Shown one piece after another: positions 27,531 to 37,653 of a DNA stretch of 58,499 nt. The stretch is from a virus. Its lineage: Duplodnaviria; Caudoviricetes. The position numbers were made by a program, and so were the translations under genes. The notes under the pieces were generated by a model that was given only the letters and a program-made list of their open reading frames with translations, was not told the origin of the DNA and ran no database searches. The stretch lies in IMG/VR virus record IMGVR_UViG_3300046011_001509, positions 1 through 58,499 of that record, one strand, 5' to 3'. Positions within the stretch are counted from its first letter, which is position 1; every line of letters starts with the position of its first letter.

Positions 27531-28042
27531 GCGTAGCTCCTTGTTCCGAGTTGATCGATTACTAATGCCTGCTGTCTGTTGTTGTCGCTGAAGCTGATGT
27601 GTACCCAGCCACCGTTGACAGAGTTGGGGAATTCCAGAATGCATTGGTCGTATTCAAGACCGTTGCCGTGGTGAACGAGTAGCTTGACGATCTGTGCTGG
27701 TGTGCCGTAGTTCGACGTGAAGTCAACCGCTTGCCCTTTGACGTGCGACTTGGTTAACAGATAGTCAGACCACGATTGCGGGTTGACTTCCATTTCACGG
27801 CGCTTGCACCACGCGCGGTATGCTGAGTCACACAGCACACGCTCCAGTGCGGGGCTTCGGTAACCGCTTGAAATGTGGATGGCATTGTTATTCAACAACT
27901 GCCGCACTCGCTCCAATCCATTTGCAGTCCTCTTGAGGTTGAAGACGACATCAAGTGGTGGGTCGTTGTCGATTGACAGTCTTACAGCGGTGTCGCTTCT
28001 CGACATCTCCTGTAGAGAAAAGTGAGGTGATAGCTGTGTCAT
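27527..28042 (-). CDS. Endolysin, peptidase M15A (D-Ala-D-Ala carboxypeptidase-like)
   Basis: LSPHFSLQEM...ISSGYRS...SHVKGQAVDF...WVHISF. Confidence 0.9.
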   Translation of the reverse strand: MTQLSPHFSLQEMSRSDTAVRLSIDNDPPLDVVFNLKRTANGLERVRQLLNNNAIHISSGYRSPALERVLCDSAYRAWCKRREMEVNPQSWSDYLLTKSHVKGQAVDFTSNYGTPAQIVKLLVHHGNGLEYDQCILEFPNSVNGGWVHISFSDNNRQQALVIDQLGTRSYA

Positions 28043-28386
28043 TTTGCTGGCCCATGCAGGAACTGTTGCCAGAGTGCGTACGCTGCCCAGCCCAAGAATC
28101 CAATCAGCCCCCAGCGAGCAATCTCGAAAACCATCTTTTGCCAAAACACTGCCCTCGCTTCCGCTTGCCGAATCACAAGTTCGTGGTGGCGGCGATGCCC
28201 AGACGGGTCGCCCTCCGGGAAAGCATCTGTCATAAGGCGCGTGATTGCTTGCGCAAGCTCATCAGTTTCGTTGGTCATGTGGTGCGTGAGCTTCGCGTCG
28301 AGCGCCAGTTGGTTGTCGTGTATCTGTTTAATGATCTCAAGCATCTCTTGTGAAGTCGCTCGGCGGTCAATACTTGCTGCGGTCAT
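28039..28386 (-). CDS. Membrane protein in the lysis cassette
   Basis: C-terminal TM (WGLIGFLGWAAYALW). Confidence 0.6.
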   Translation of the reverse strand: MTAASIDRRATSQEMLEIIKQIHDNQLALDAKLTHHMTNETDELAQAITRLMTDAFPEGDPSGHRRHHELVIRQAEARAVFWQKMVFEIARWGLIGFLGWAAYALWQQFLHGPAK

Positions 28387-28628
28387 GCTTGGTCCTTATA
28401 TAAATCTTTCTGCCACTCCCAACTCCCTTTGCAGTGGTTCTTGTCGAAGAAGAACAGGGCGTCGATCAGCGGGACCATTAGCTTGCCTTGCCAGCGGTTT
28501 TGAAGGTGTAGGTTCCATGCAGCCGACGAGGCGCACTCACCTTGCTTGATGTTTCCTGCCATTGCTATGGCGAACAGAAACGTATCAAGACTTGTCAGCA
28601 GTCGAAGGATGCGTGTTCTGAAGCTCAT
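28383..28628 (-). CDS. Conserved small phage protein
   Basis: LTSLD...ECASSAAW...IDALFFFDKNHC. Confidence 0.65.
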   Translation of the reverse strand: MSFRTRILRLLTSLDTFLFAIAMAGNIKQGECASSAAWNLHLQNRWQGKLMVPLIDALFFFDKNHCKGSWEWQKDLYKDQA

Positions 28629-29317
28629 GGGATGCAGTTCACGGTGCCAGTCACCGACACGCCGCATACCGCAGAACTCGTCGCCGGGTTCGTAGTGGTC
28701 GTTGTCGTAGTAACAGGGTTACTCGTTGTAGTCGTAGTGACCGGGTTAGCTTGCGTGCTATATGCGCCACTGCCCAGCGTTCCAGTGCCTGAGAGGGTTG
28801 TCGTTGTCGTCGTCGGGTTAGCCGTAGTGGTCGAAACAGCATGGTTGTCTGTTGACGTGGTTGTCGTGCTAGTGGTCGTCACGTTAGCCTGTGGCAGTAC
28901 AGACACGGGGGCTTGAATCTTCCCGGCGATACTGGAGAACGTTGAGTTTGTAGACTCAGCAATCCGTGCCGAATATTCGGCAGTAGCCATGCTGGTTTTG
29001 TTTGCGTAGTGCAACCCTGCAATGTTGGTCAAACTGGGCACTAGGATGCTGGCCCATTGCAGCGCATTGCTCGCTTGTGGAGCTTGTACTACCGTTTGTG
29101 TGGAGGTAGTAGAGTTGCCGAGCGCCAAAGCCATAACAGCGGCAATCTTTGCAGAACCGTCGCCAGTCTCTGCGATCTTGCTAAGAGCGTTGTAACGCGC
29201 GGTGTCTGCGTTTGATTTTGCGACTGCGATATCTGATTGTGATTTTGCATAGGACTCGTAGTCCGTGGTTGCACACGCCGTTAGTGACAGCGCAATTGGA
29301 ATCAGTAGATATTTCAT
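28625..29317 (-). CDS. Lipoprotein with Thr-rich tail
   Basis: MKYLLIPIALSLTAC lipobox; poly-Thr stretches. Confidence 0.75.
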   Translation of the reverse strand: MKYLLIPIALSLTACATTDYESYAKSQSDIAVAKSNADTARYNALSKIAETGDGSAKIAAVMALALGNSTTSTQTVVQAPQASNALQWASILVPSLTNIAGLHYANKTSMATAEYSARIAESTNSTFSSIAGKIQAPVSVLPQANVTTTSTTTTSTDNHAVSTTTANPTTTTTTLSGTGTLGSGAYSTQANPVTTTTTSNPVTTTTTTTNPATSSAVCGVSVTGTVNCIP

Positions 29318-30132
29318 TTGAGACTTCCTTGGTTGATTAATCCGCCTATGCGCTTGGATGTACCAAGCTTTGATGTGTCGTAGACAGTCGGTGCTGGCGC
29401 TGCAACTGCAACGGGTTGCGCGGCAACTATCGGAGCAGGTTGAGCAGCAACAACTGGAGCGGTTTCTTGAGGAGCAGCAGCAACTGGTTGACGGGCTGCG
29501 TTCCATGCGTTCCATCCGCCAACTATCTTGTTGACTCGGTCCGAGCCTACAGGCTGATACTTGTTGACGGTGGACGCCCACTTGTTGAGTTCGTCGCCCT
29601 TGTAGTTGCCGTAGGCGTCTTGGTTAACACCCTTCAGCCCAGCTAAAGCAGACTGGTAATCGCGCTGCCTGCTAGAGACATCTTCGACTGATTCATATTG
29701 GTCGAACGGCTTGTCGATCTTGTACTGGCTGTAGAACGCCTTGTTGACAAGCTCCTTGGCTTTCATTGCTTCTGCGACCAATGCTGGGTTTGCATTCTTG
29801 TCGCCAACAAAAGCGCCGCCATACTTTTTTGCAAGCGCTTGATACAGCCCGTTGTAGACGCCAGCCGCCTCTGGGTTATCAAGACCCTTCGGAACCCAAG
29901 CGCCGTCACCATTCTTGACATAGCCTGCCTGAGACATCTCTTGGTCAAAGTGCGGCTTAAAGTCATCGAACTGACCCATCTGGTCGAAAGCTTCTTGGTC
30001 TGTCCAATCAACCTTGCCAGCATCCTTGACTTGCCCCTGACCAGAGAACGCTTGACCAGAGCCGACCCACAGTCCATTGTTGGAAATAGTCCCAGTGAGT
30101 TGACGCTGCGAGTTGATAAGACCCTTGCTCAC
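29314..30132 (-). CDS. Hypothetical protein
   Basis: 272-aa ORF, Pro/Ala-rich C-terminus. Confidence 0.65.
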   Translation of the reverse strand: MSKGLINSQRQLTGTISNNGLWVGSGQAFSGQGQVKDAGKVDWTDQEAFDQMGQFDDFKPHFDQEMSQAGYVKNGDGAWVPKGLDNPEAAGVYNGLYQALAKKYGGAFVGDKNANPALVAEAMKAKELVNKAFYSQYKIDKPFDQYESVEDVSSRQRDYQSALAGLKGVNQDAYGNYKGDELNKWASTVNKYQPVGSDRVNKIVGGWNAWNAARQPVAAAPQETAPVVAAQPAPIVAAQPVAVAAPAPTVYDTSKLGTSKRIGGLINQGSLK

Positions 30133-30647
30133 TTCACCACTCCAGTCAGAATCTCAGCCTTCCTGCCTACAGCAATCAAGCCAAGATAGGTCATGTAATC
30201 CAATGCATCTTGAATGGATTGGAGCGATAGATCGACGTTCACTGTGCGTGGGTCGTTCATCAACTCTTGCAGGTCAATGATGACGGGGTCAACAGAAGCC
30301 TTCACTGCGATTCGCTCTTGGCTGGTGAAGAGCATCTTCCATTCAATCACAGTGATTTTTGGAGGCTTCACTGTGACAACTGGTACTGGTGTGCTGTCAA
30401 CGTAGCGATGCTTGACAACAGGTGAGCCGTCAACCATTTCGTCGTAAGTCTCAATGGAGGTGTACGGGTTCTTGAACACCGTGTTCGCTGTGAGATTGCC
30501 GTCGATGATCTCTGTGATCTTTTTCCAACCGGGCTTCACATCGTCAGCAACTGCTACGAACTGAGCAGCGATGTCTGGTGTGAAGTTGAGAGTGGGGTTC
30601 GTAGATACGTCAATAGCTACGTCATTGATGATTCGTGCGTAGTTCAT
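30129..30647 (-). CDS. Tail fibre assembly/chaperone-like protein
   Basis: MNYARI...VKPGW...LFTSQERIA...NVDLS...GRKAEIL; follows the fibre gene. Confidence 0.65.
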   Translation of the reverse strand: MNYARIINDVAIDVSTNPTLNFTPDIAAQFVAVADDVKPGWKKITEIIDGNLTANTVFKNPYTSIETYDEMVDGSPVVKHRYVDSTPVPVVTVKPPKITVIEWKMLFTSQERIAVKASVDPVIIDLQELMNDPRTVNVDLSLQSIQDALDYMTYLGLIAVGRKAEILTGVVK

Positions 30648-30649
30648 GC

Positions 30650-31837
30650 TTATCCTATGTAGTAGATTGCGACATAGCCGGGACCGCCAGCGCCAGACCT
30701 GCATGCGGCACCACTACTGTTTGCATGAGCGGCACCACCACCTCCACCTCCAGCGCCTCCGGTTCCTGCGGTACTCATCCCAATGAGCGTACTAGAGCCG
30801 CTACCAATAGAAAAAATGCTTGCGCCGCCACCACCAAACAACCCGCCGCCACCACCCCACGAGTTGTGTGTTGTTGACGTTGCATCTGCCGTGATAATGG
30901 TTGCGCCACCTCCGCATCTTGCTGCTCCCTTGGCGGCATATATCTGAGTCCCAGCGCCTCCACCAAACGCACTCCCGCCACCGCCACACATACCAGTTGA
31001 TGTCGCCAGCGTAATAGCTGCCACAGCCACATCTCCACCTGTTGTGTATGGGCAGAGATGGAATCCAGCAGCACCATAAACAGTTAACGCCGATGAAGTA
31101 AGATTTCCATCGGTGCCGTCTGACTTAAGTCCAGCGCCTGTTGCAGTGGTGAAATCAATGCCAGCAGGACTTGCTGCATAGATAGAAGCCCCTCCAGTAG
31201 CCTGCATTGATGCGGAGCTAACGGATGTTGCAGAACCGCTTGAATACCCAGCCCCAATGAAGCTTCCTGATGAAGCTCCACCTGTTGCCGATACAGCCCA
31301 GTTGGTCCCAGAGACAGTCGCAGAACCAGCAGTTCCGCCAGCAACACTAGCAAGAACGTACCCGCCAGTTATCGTTGGGGCGCTTCCGCCAACGCCACCG
31401 CTTGATGTGCCTGCGGAATTCCCACCACCACCTCCTCCTCCTCCGGGCGATGAGATCATTGACCCGAAACTGGATGTCCCTCCTGCACCTCCTGCGCCAG
31501 CAGTATTCGCAGTCGCGTTAAAGTACGCGCCGCCTGCTCCAACTGTTACGCCATAGGTTGTTCCGGGGATGAGGTCAACAATAGCGGCTGCGAATGAGCC
31601 TCCACCTCCACCGCCCCCCATAGCACAATAGCCAGTGGATGATGTTCCTTGACCAGCCCCGCCACCACCTCCAGCGCCAACAACAACCACTAGAGCGCGC
31701 GTCATCCCGTTCGGCACCAAGAATGGGTAGCTCCCAGCCTCATACTGAACGAACAATTCCTTTGATACCGACCAGTCAATACCAAGGTCGCTTACAAGGT
31801 AGTTGCTCTGCGGCGTACCGAATGTGCCGATGTTCAT
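30650..31837 (-). CDS. Glycine-rich tail fibre/receptor-binding protein
   Basis: VVVVGAGGGGG...GTSSFGS...GAGGPGYVAIYY glycine-rich domain. Confidence 0.8.
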   Translation of the reverse strand: MNIGTFGTPQSNYLVSDLGIDWSVSKELFVQYEAGSYPFLVPNGMTRALVVVVGAGGGGGAGQGTSSTGYCAMGGGGGGGSFAAAIVDLIPGTTYGVTVGAGGAYFNATANTAGAGGAGGTSSFGSMISSPGGGGGGGGNSAGTSSGGVGGSAPTITGGYVLASVAGGTAGSATVSGTNWAVSATGGASSGSFIGAGYSSGSATSVSSASMQATGGASIYAASPAGIDFTTATGAGLKSDGTDGNLTSSALTVYGAAGFHLCPYTTGGDVAVAAITLATSTGMCGGGGSAFGGGAGTQIYAAKGAARCGGGATIITADATSTTHNSWGGGGGLFGGGGASIFSIGSGSSTLIGMSTAGTGGAGGGGGGAAHANSSGAACRSGAGGPGYVAIYYIG

Positions 31838-31839
31838 GG

Positions 31840-32226
31840 TTAGTAATCTCCACCGAACGCAATAACGTTGAATGACTCGCTTGAGTTATTCACGCTTGCA
31901 CGGAGTGACCATAGATTGGGCAGATTCAACCCGCCATCCAAAGTGATACTCTGGTTGAACGCTGGCTGCGTAGCAGATGGGACAATCGGCGTGATAACTA
32001 CTTCTCTGAAGAGCTTCGCCACAGTTCCGTCATGCAAGAACAGTCGAACGGTTCCCTGTGCTGTTGTTGTTGTTGCCTGTACTGTCACCATGTCAACCCG
32101 TGAGCCACTAGCGCCAGCAGTAAATACTGTCCCAATAGTCCCAGTTCCATCGCGCAACGTGTTTGCAGTAGCGACGACTGCGTAGCTGACGCGAGGGGTA
32201 GCGGTCCATGAAGGTGTAGATGCCAT
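31840..32226 (-). CDS. Tail-associated beta-sandwich protein
   Basis: RDGTGTI...GSRVD...AFGGDY. Confidence 0.65.
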   Translation of the reverse strand: MASTPSWTATPRVSYAVVATANTLRDGTGTIGTVFTAGASGSRVDMVTVQATTTTAQGTVRLFLHDGTVAKLFREVVITPIVPSATQPAFNQSITLDGGLNLPNLWSLRASVNNSSESFNVIAFGGDY

Positions 32227-32868
32227 TTAGATAACTCCTTGAAGAAAAAGTGAGGTGTGATCGATGGGTGTGATGTTCACAACACCATTGACCGTTGCGG
32301 AAACGCTTGAGTTGAAACTGACACGGGTGTTGCCGATACCCTTGGAGACTCCGTTGACCAGAATCTCTATCGGGTATTGGAAGTTTGGTTTACCAGTGAC
32401 CGATGTCCAAGTGATCGTTGGGAACACTGTCCAAGAAGCTACTCCTGCGCTGGTTGTGAGGTACTTCCCATCCTGACCCGTTTGGTTTGGCAGAGAGAAC
32501 CCATCCGACCAGAAAGCCACGCCACCTGAAGTAGACAAAGCCTTGCCATCTTGTCCAGACTGAGGTGGCAGCAACGCGCCAGAAGCACCAAGGACTTGTT
32601 GCACAAAGTGCGTGTTAGCCGCCTTCGTTGAGTCATCCAGCGTACTGGCTACGTTCGGGATATTGAAGGTTGTCAATGACGAGAAATCACCCGCGCCAGA
32701 TGCTGTCGGATTCATCTTCGGCATCTTCAGCGAATCAAGGCTGTTGACCGCTGCGAACACTGCATCGAACCCGGTGTAGATCAGGTTGTACTCATCACGA
32801 ATCGTTCCGCTTCGACCTTGTGAATACGATACCGGGTTGGGCGTATTCGTGTAATACGGGTTGCTCAT
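32227..32868 (-). CDS. Tail fibre proximal/adaptor protein
   Basis: Two LPxQxGQDGKxLxT repeats; ANTHFV motif. Confidence 0.65.
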   Translation of the reverse strand: MSNPYYTNTPNPVSYSQGRSGTIRDEYNLIYTGFDAVFAAVNSLDSLKMPKMNPTASGAGDFSSLTTFNIPNVASTLDDSTKAANTHFVQQVLGASGALLPPQSGQDGKALSTSGGVAFWSDGFSLPNQTGQDGKYLTTSAGVASWTVFPTITWTSVTGKPNFQYPIEILVNGVSKGIGNTRVSFNSSVSATVNGVVNITPIDHTSLFLQGVI

Positions 32869-34712
32869 CTCTGAATCCTTCTAGGGGTGTAGTGCAGATT
32901 TACCGACTGGAGCGTGAAGGGTTCCGAGTACGCATCGTTGCTGAAGAACAGCAAGCTGATATTTCTGGATGTGCCGTTCAGGTCGTAGATCGGGGGCGAG
33001 ATCAAGGGTGAATCCCAAGTGAACTCATCCCATGTGAACTGGTCCCAGAATCCACCACCACCGGGTGTCTCTACCGTCTGCGCAAACTCTTCCAGTGAGG
33101 TTGCCGCTACAGGCAGCGAGTAGTCGCCGTAGTCCTGCTCATACGCCATGTAAATCTTCGCGTAGCTTGGAATGCGCGTCTCCAGTGATGCGCGTCTCCA
33201 GCGCTTCCTTGTCGTTGGACCGCGCTCTGCGTTGAACGCAAGGCGAATCCACGACTCAATCGCTACTCCGTCAAATGAAGACCCGACCTCTGTCTGGTAC
33301 ACATAGCCATTCGATGAGCCAAAGAAGACGACCTCCGCGCCATCGATGTCTTCACCAGAGACGATGCAAGAGACTGGGTCCGGGTAGATGATTGGCAGGA
33401 CTCCACGCATCTGACCGTTCTCAAGGTGGAACGCCAAGCCAGAGCCGTCAGAGAAGTACACACGGTACTGGTTCTGAGAGCGCAGAACACTGGAGTCAGT
33501 GACCAGACCAACCCGCTTGTCAATGTAGGGCTGCACCGCTTTGCTGATGCTTGACGCTGCGAAGTTGCCGAAGTTCTGCGTGGCTGACAAAGATGTCACT
33601 CCACGGTCATCCAGTGCAATACCCATCGACACATACTTCGCGGTGTGCGCCAGCGCTCCGGTGTCAGGAGATACTGAGACAATGTTCCATGTCGCAGTCG
33701 ATGACCCGTACAGAATCGCTGTCTTGTTGCGAGAATAGACCGCCATCGCGCCACCAGACGATGAGTCGGCTGGCAGTGGCAGCATCGCTGTAATCTCGTC
33801 GCCAATACCGATCTCAGCCGCTGTTGAGCCTACCGCTGCCCACACCCCCGTAGGCGCTCCGGGTGCAGACAGGAACATTGAACCAAGGATGGCTAGGAAC
33901 AAGCGGTTCTTGTGCGCTGCAATGTGGCTAGGCGTATCAGGAGACGCAGTCGAAGTGATCTGCGTGAAGGTCGTGCCGTCGTACTGGAACGCCTTGTTCT
34001 TGCCGTCACAGCCATACATCTTCAGGGCATTCGCAGCGCCTGAGAAGTTGTAATTGACGAACTCATAGCGACCACCAGCCACCAGAGCGGGCGTCGTAAC
34101 AACCTGCCAACCAGACGTTGTCGCAACATACATCACGGCAGCGGTGTTGCCTGCATTGTTCCTGAAGGCGTACATCTTGCCGTTGTAGACCCACACACCA
34201 AGGATGGGGCCAGAACCGGGGACGACTCCGATGTCGTTGCGATACTGTGTCGCCGCGAGGTTCAGATACTGTCTGTCAGTCAAGACATCCGTAGCGCCAC
34301 CCAGCGAGTACGAAAGCAGTGTGCAGCGCGGAGTGGCAGACACATTCAGCGTCTCCGAGATGGTCAGTGCGCCAGACAGCTTTGTCACCACCAAGCTTGT
34401 GGTCGATACCACGGCAATCACAACAGCAGTGTTTGTCGATGAAACGCCAGTGATGGTGTCGCCGACCACAATGGTTGACTGCGGACTCGTGGTCACCATG
34501 TAGTACACCGCATCACTTGGCTTCAGCCGCCCATCGAACCGCTCGTACCCCCCTACCCGCTTGTAGCCGCCGCTGATTTCAGGAACGAAGTTCCCGGCAT
34601 CAATGCAAACTCCGGGTGGAATCTGCAAAGCTGGCGTGAGCAAGTCAAGCCCACCCTCCAGCTTGACGTAGCTCTCCTTGATGGGGACTGGTCGGATTTG
34701 CTGGTGGATCAT
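32865..34712 (-). CDS. Tail nozzle / tubular protein B (P22 gp10-like)
   Basis: GGLDL N-terminus, beta-propeller-like repeats (HKNRLF), WDQFTWD C-terminus. Confidence 0.75.
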   Translation of the reverse strand: MIHQQIRPVPIKESYVKLEGGLDLLTPALQIPPGVCIDAGNFVPEISGGYKRVGGYERFDGRLKPSDAVYYMVTTSPQSTIVVGDTITGVSSTNTAVVIAVVSTTSLVVTKLSGALTISETLNVSATPRCTLLSYSLGGATDVLTDRQYLNLAATQYRNDIGVVPGSGPILGVWVYNGKMYAFRNNAGNTAAVMYVATTSGWQVVTTPALVAGGRYEFVNYNFSGAANALKMYGCDGKNKAFQYDGTTFTQITSTASPDTPSHIAAHKNRLFLAILGSMFLSAPGAPTGVWAAVGSTAAEIGIGDEITAMLPLPADSSSGGAMAVYSRNKTAILYGSSTATWNIVSVSPDTGALAHTAKYVSMGIALDDRGVTSLSATQNFGNFAASSISKAVQPYIDKRVGLVTDSSVLRSQNQYRVYFSDGSGLAFHLENGQMRGVLPIIYPDPVSCIVSGEDIDGAEVVFFGSSNGYVYQTEVGSSFDGVAIESWIRLAFNAERGPTTRKRWRRASLETRIPSYAKIYMAYEQDYGDYSLPVAATSLEEFAQTVETPGGGGFWDQFTWDEFTWDSPLISPPIYDLNGTSRNISLLFFSNDAYSEPFTLQSVNLHYTPRRIQR

Positions 34713-35380
34713 GCGAGACTACCGCCTAAAGTAAGCGATGGGAGTTGGTCAACACGCAGTGCGCCCATCAGCGATGAGTAGTTCTCAGCCGCTTCCTGCT
34801 TCGCCTCTTGAGCCGCCTCGTAGCCTGAATACTTCAGCATGGCCCGGTAGACGATTGCCATGTGGAAGTTGTCTGGCATCGAAGGGATGTCAGCGTCTAG
34901 CGCAAGGATGACAGGCTTGCAGAAGTAGTTTCCTACAAAGGTAAGCCCCACCGGAGGAATGCGGTCAAACCACAACGACTTGTCGGCAGGGTCGATGGAG
35001 AACGTATTGGGCCTTCCGTTTTGCCGTACTCCGTAGAGGTAGGTGTTGCGGAAGTCTTCCCACGGCATAGGGTCGAGGAACTGTTCATCCGCCACACCAG
35101 TTGCTGTCAGATAGCAGCGCATGCTGTCATCCTTCAGAACCCGCAAATCAGTCGCACCCATGTCTGTCAGCGAATACTGCTGAGTTCCATTGGACACGAA
35201 GCTCAGATTCTTACGCAGGAAGTTCCACTGGGCATGCTGGTTCTGGATGTCTTCCCAAGCACGGATAACCCAGTTGACAAAGCGCAAGCTCTCGCCAGAC
35301 TGGGACACAACCGTTACTGGTCCCGTACCCGTCCCACCGCATAGGCTGCGAGTCTCTTTGCACAGTTCCAGAAAGTTCAT
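34709..35380 (-). CDS. Head-tail adaptor / tubular protein A
   Basis: MNFLELC...WNFLR...DIPSMPDNFHMAIVYRA. Confidence 0.75.
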   Translation of the reverse strand: MNFLELCKETRSLCGGTGTGPVTVVSQSGESLRFVNWVIRAWEDIQNQHAQWNFLRKNLSFVSNGTQQYSLTDMGATDLRVLKDDSMRCYLTATGVADEQFLDPMPWEDFRNTYLYGVRQNGRPNTFSIDPADKSLWFDRIPPVGLTFVGNYFCKPVILALDADIPSMPDNFHMAIVYRAMLKYSGYEAAQEAKQEAAENYSSLMGALRVDQLPSLTLGGSLA

Positions 35381-35381
35381 G

Positions 35382-35870
35382 CTAGACCGCCGATGCCAGA
35401 ACCTGTTTCAGCCATGCGCCACCCTTGGGGTTGCGGTCTTCCAGTACCGAGAACGGATAACGAACAGCGGTGTGACGATTGATTCGATTCACTGTCTCGT
35501 CGCCATTTGTGGCAACAGTGGTCTTGATGCTGGTCTGACGCGCACGGGCCAGAATCTCAACGAACTTGCGCTTGACGGTTTGCTCTTGTCCGCGCAGAAA
35601 ACGCTGCGGAGTACCGTTGCAATACACGTCTACCAAAGGCTCTGCATTTTCGTCAGTGCTTTCATGCACGATGACCTTCACAGGCTCTTCATTGAATGCG
35701 AGTTCCGCTGCGTAGTCACCCAACATTGGGCCGTCAGCGATGACAATCTCTTGGTCTGGGCGAACCATACCAGCCAATGGGCCAGTAGTTGGCATATCAA
35801 GACTTGCTGTCTGTCCGATGCTTTGCTCGGAAGAGGAAATCGCTTTGTTATTTGGGATACCACGGGGCAT
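35382..35870 (-). CDS. Conserved hypothetical protein (post-capsid gene)
   Basis: VYCNG...RGQEQTVKRKFVEILARA...YPFSV. Confidence 0.7.
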   Translation of the reverse strand: MPRGIPNNKAISSSEQSIGQTASLDMPTTGPLAGMVRPDQEIVIADGPMLGDYAAELAFNEEPVKVIVHESTDENAEPLVDVYCNGTPQRFLRGQEQTVKRKFVEILARARQTSIKTTVATNGDETVNRINRHTAVRYPFSVLEDRNPKGGAWLKQVLASAV

Positions 35871-35892
35871 TGTTAACTCCTGTTTGGACATG

Positions 35893-35917
35893 AAAAAAGC
35901 CACCCGAAGGTGGCTTT
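35893..35917 (-). terminator. Rho-independent terminator after capsid genes
   Basis: GCCACC-loop-GGTGGC followed by T6 on the minus strand. Confidence 0.75.
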
Positions 35918-35934
35918 GCTAGGTGCGTGGTTGG

Positions 35935-36297
35935 TTAGGCGTAAGCCATCCACTGCATCGTCTTGGAGGCTACGATAACCAGCAGCGAACCGTTCTGCGA
36001 CACAAGGAAACCAGACTGATTCGGGGTGATACCCTTGTTAGTCGTTTCCAGTGTGACCGTGCCAGCGGCTGCGGTCTTGACGCAAGTGTCATCAGCCATG
36101 CCGTCAAAGAACTCAACCGCAATACGGTCAGTCACATTGACGAACTTCACATACTTTGGCTTGAAGCCGCAGTTGACTTGGATGTAGTCAGCAGCCGTGA
36201 TGGCAGTGCCGTCAAAAACGATCTTGCCAACTGCAAACTGACCTTGCTGCTGGGACGGTGTGGCGGTCAGTGTTTGACCAGCGGTATTGATTGCCAT
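35935..36297 (-). CDS. Putative capsid decoration protein
   Basis: Small beta-rich ORF (CGFKPKYVKFVN) after the capsid gene. Confidence 0.6.
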   Translation of the reverse strand: MAINTAGQTLTATPSQQQGQFAVGKIVFDGTAITAADYIQVNCGFKPKYVKFVNVTDRIAVEFFDGMADDTCVKTAAAGTVTLETTNKGITPNQSGFLVSQNGSLLVIVASKTMQWMAYA

Positions 36298-36316
36298 GAT
36301 TGTGTTTCCTTAAAAG

Positions 36317-36517
36317 TTACTTGGCGAACTTGCCAGTGAAGGTTGTCCCGGTGTTAGTGGCAGTTACGCCAGCGTCACCATCGAGGATGGTTGTTACTGC
36401 CAGAATCCCGTCAACCAGAGCGTTCAGCAAATTGGTCAACGCTACTTGGTCAGCAGGGCTGATAGAGTTCAAAGTCCCAATGCGTTGGGCGATGTATTCA
36501 GGTACTTGAGATGCCAT
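36317..36517 (-). CDS. Small virion-associated protein
   Basis: SD AAGGAA; LDGDAGVT motif. Confidence 0.6.
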   Translation of the reverse strand: MASQVPEYIAQRIGTLNSISPADQVALTNLLNALVDGILAVTTILDGDAGVTATNTGTTFTGKFAK

Positions 36518-36561
36518 GTTGGTTCCTTAGTTAAAAATGGGAGCCGAAGCCCCCATCAGAA

Positions 36562-37632
36562 TCACAGTGCTGGTGTACCGACCCAGACCAACGCTGCCCA
36601 GCCGTTATTCAGAATAACGGAGGTCATGTAGGTCTTGGCACCGATGTAACCACGCTGGCCCAAAGGATCGTTCTTATCCTTCTGACCGGGTGGAATCCAG
36701 CTAACGTCCATCGAATCAGCACCGCGCAGAGCGACCTGACCCCATGCGTCTTCAGCCACAACTATGACTGGGTAGCAGTCAACCTTGGTGCCGCTGGAGT
36801 ACAAGCCTGTGGAGCCAGTAGCAGCGCCAGCATCGGTGTTTGCAGCCAGTTCAGGCGACAGCACAAAGCGGAAAGATTCGACAGAGCCGATCTCTTGTTC
36901 ATGCACCACCTTGCGGTTGCCGTACTCAGCCACATGCTTGAAGCCGGGGAGGTCGCGGATAGCGGGTTCCAAGTCAGTCGAGCAGAACACCAGATACGAT
37001 GCTTCCACAGGAGCGGTAGCAAAGTTCGGGCTGGGTGCCAGAATGCTGGTGATCATCTTGCCGTGGTTACCCTTGATAGAACGTGTCACCTTGCGGATCA
37101 GGTTCAAGCTCAAGGTGCCATTCACGGTAGCGATGGAGTTACCAGTGCCGCCGTAGAACAGGTTGGTCAAACCCTTCAGAGCGCCATAGCGAACCATCTC
37201 GCGCAGCAAGCCGATACGCTCGCCAGCCTGCTTCTTCATCTCAGCGGGGACATCATCTTCGTACAGGTCGAAGGTTTTGTCCGTCACTGCATAGAGGCAG
37301 GAATACTGCTGGAGAGTCGCCGTCACATCAGACGCCACAAGGGTGTCTGCTGCGGGTGTCACGCCTTCAGTCGTCAGGTGGCTGGACGCGAAGGTCGCCA
37401 CGTTAGAGCCGGTAATCCAGCGTGATTGCGGATCAACACCACCAGACAGAGCGCCAGCAGATGTGCCATAAGGCAACCAGCGACGGAACTGAACCGTGTC
37501 GCCGTTGTTCTTTGGAATCTGTTTTTGCGTTCCAGTGATACCGAGAATTTCTACCGGCAGAGCGTGAGCCAACACCTCGCCTTTTAACTTACCAATTCGC
37601 TGCGCTTGCGTCAGCATTGTTTGAGTAGCCAT
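36562..37632 (-). CDS. Major capsid protein, N4-gp56 family
   Basis: IPKNNGDTVQFRR...EGVTP...EIGSVESFRF...DPLGQRGYIGAK. Confidence 0.92.
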   Translation of the reverse strand: MATQTMLTQAQRIGKLKGEVLAHALPVEILGITGTQKQIPKNNGDTVQFRRWLPYGTSAGALSGGVDPQSRWITGSNVATFASSHLTTEGVTPAADTLVASDVTATLQQYSCLYAVTDKTFDLYEDDVPAEMKKQAGERIGLLREMVRYGALKGLTNLFYGGTGNSIATVNGTLSLNLIRKVTRSIKGNHGKMITSILAPSPNFATAPVEASYLVFCSTDLEPAIRDLPGFKHVAEYGNRKVVHEQEIGSVESFRFVLSPELAANTDAGAATGSTGLYSSGTKVDCYPVIVVAEDAWGQVALRGADSMDVSWIPPGQKDKNDPLGQRGYIGAKTYMTSVILNNGWAALVWVGTPAL

Positions 37633-37653
37633 GATTTAATTTCCTTAAAAGGT

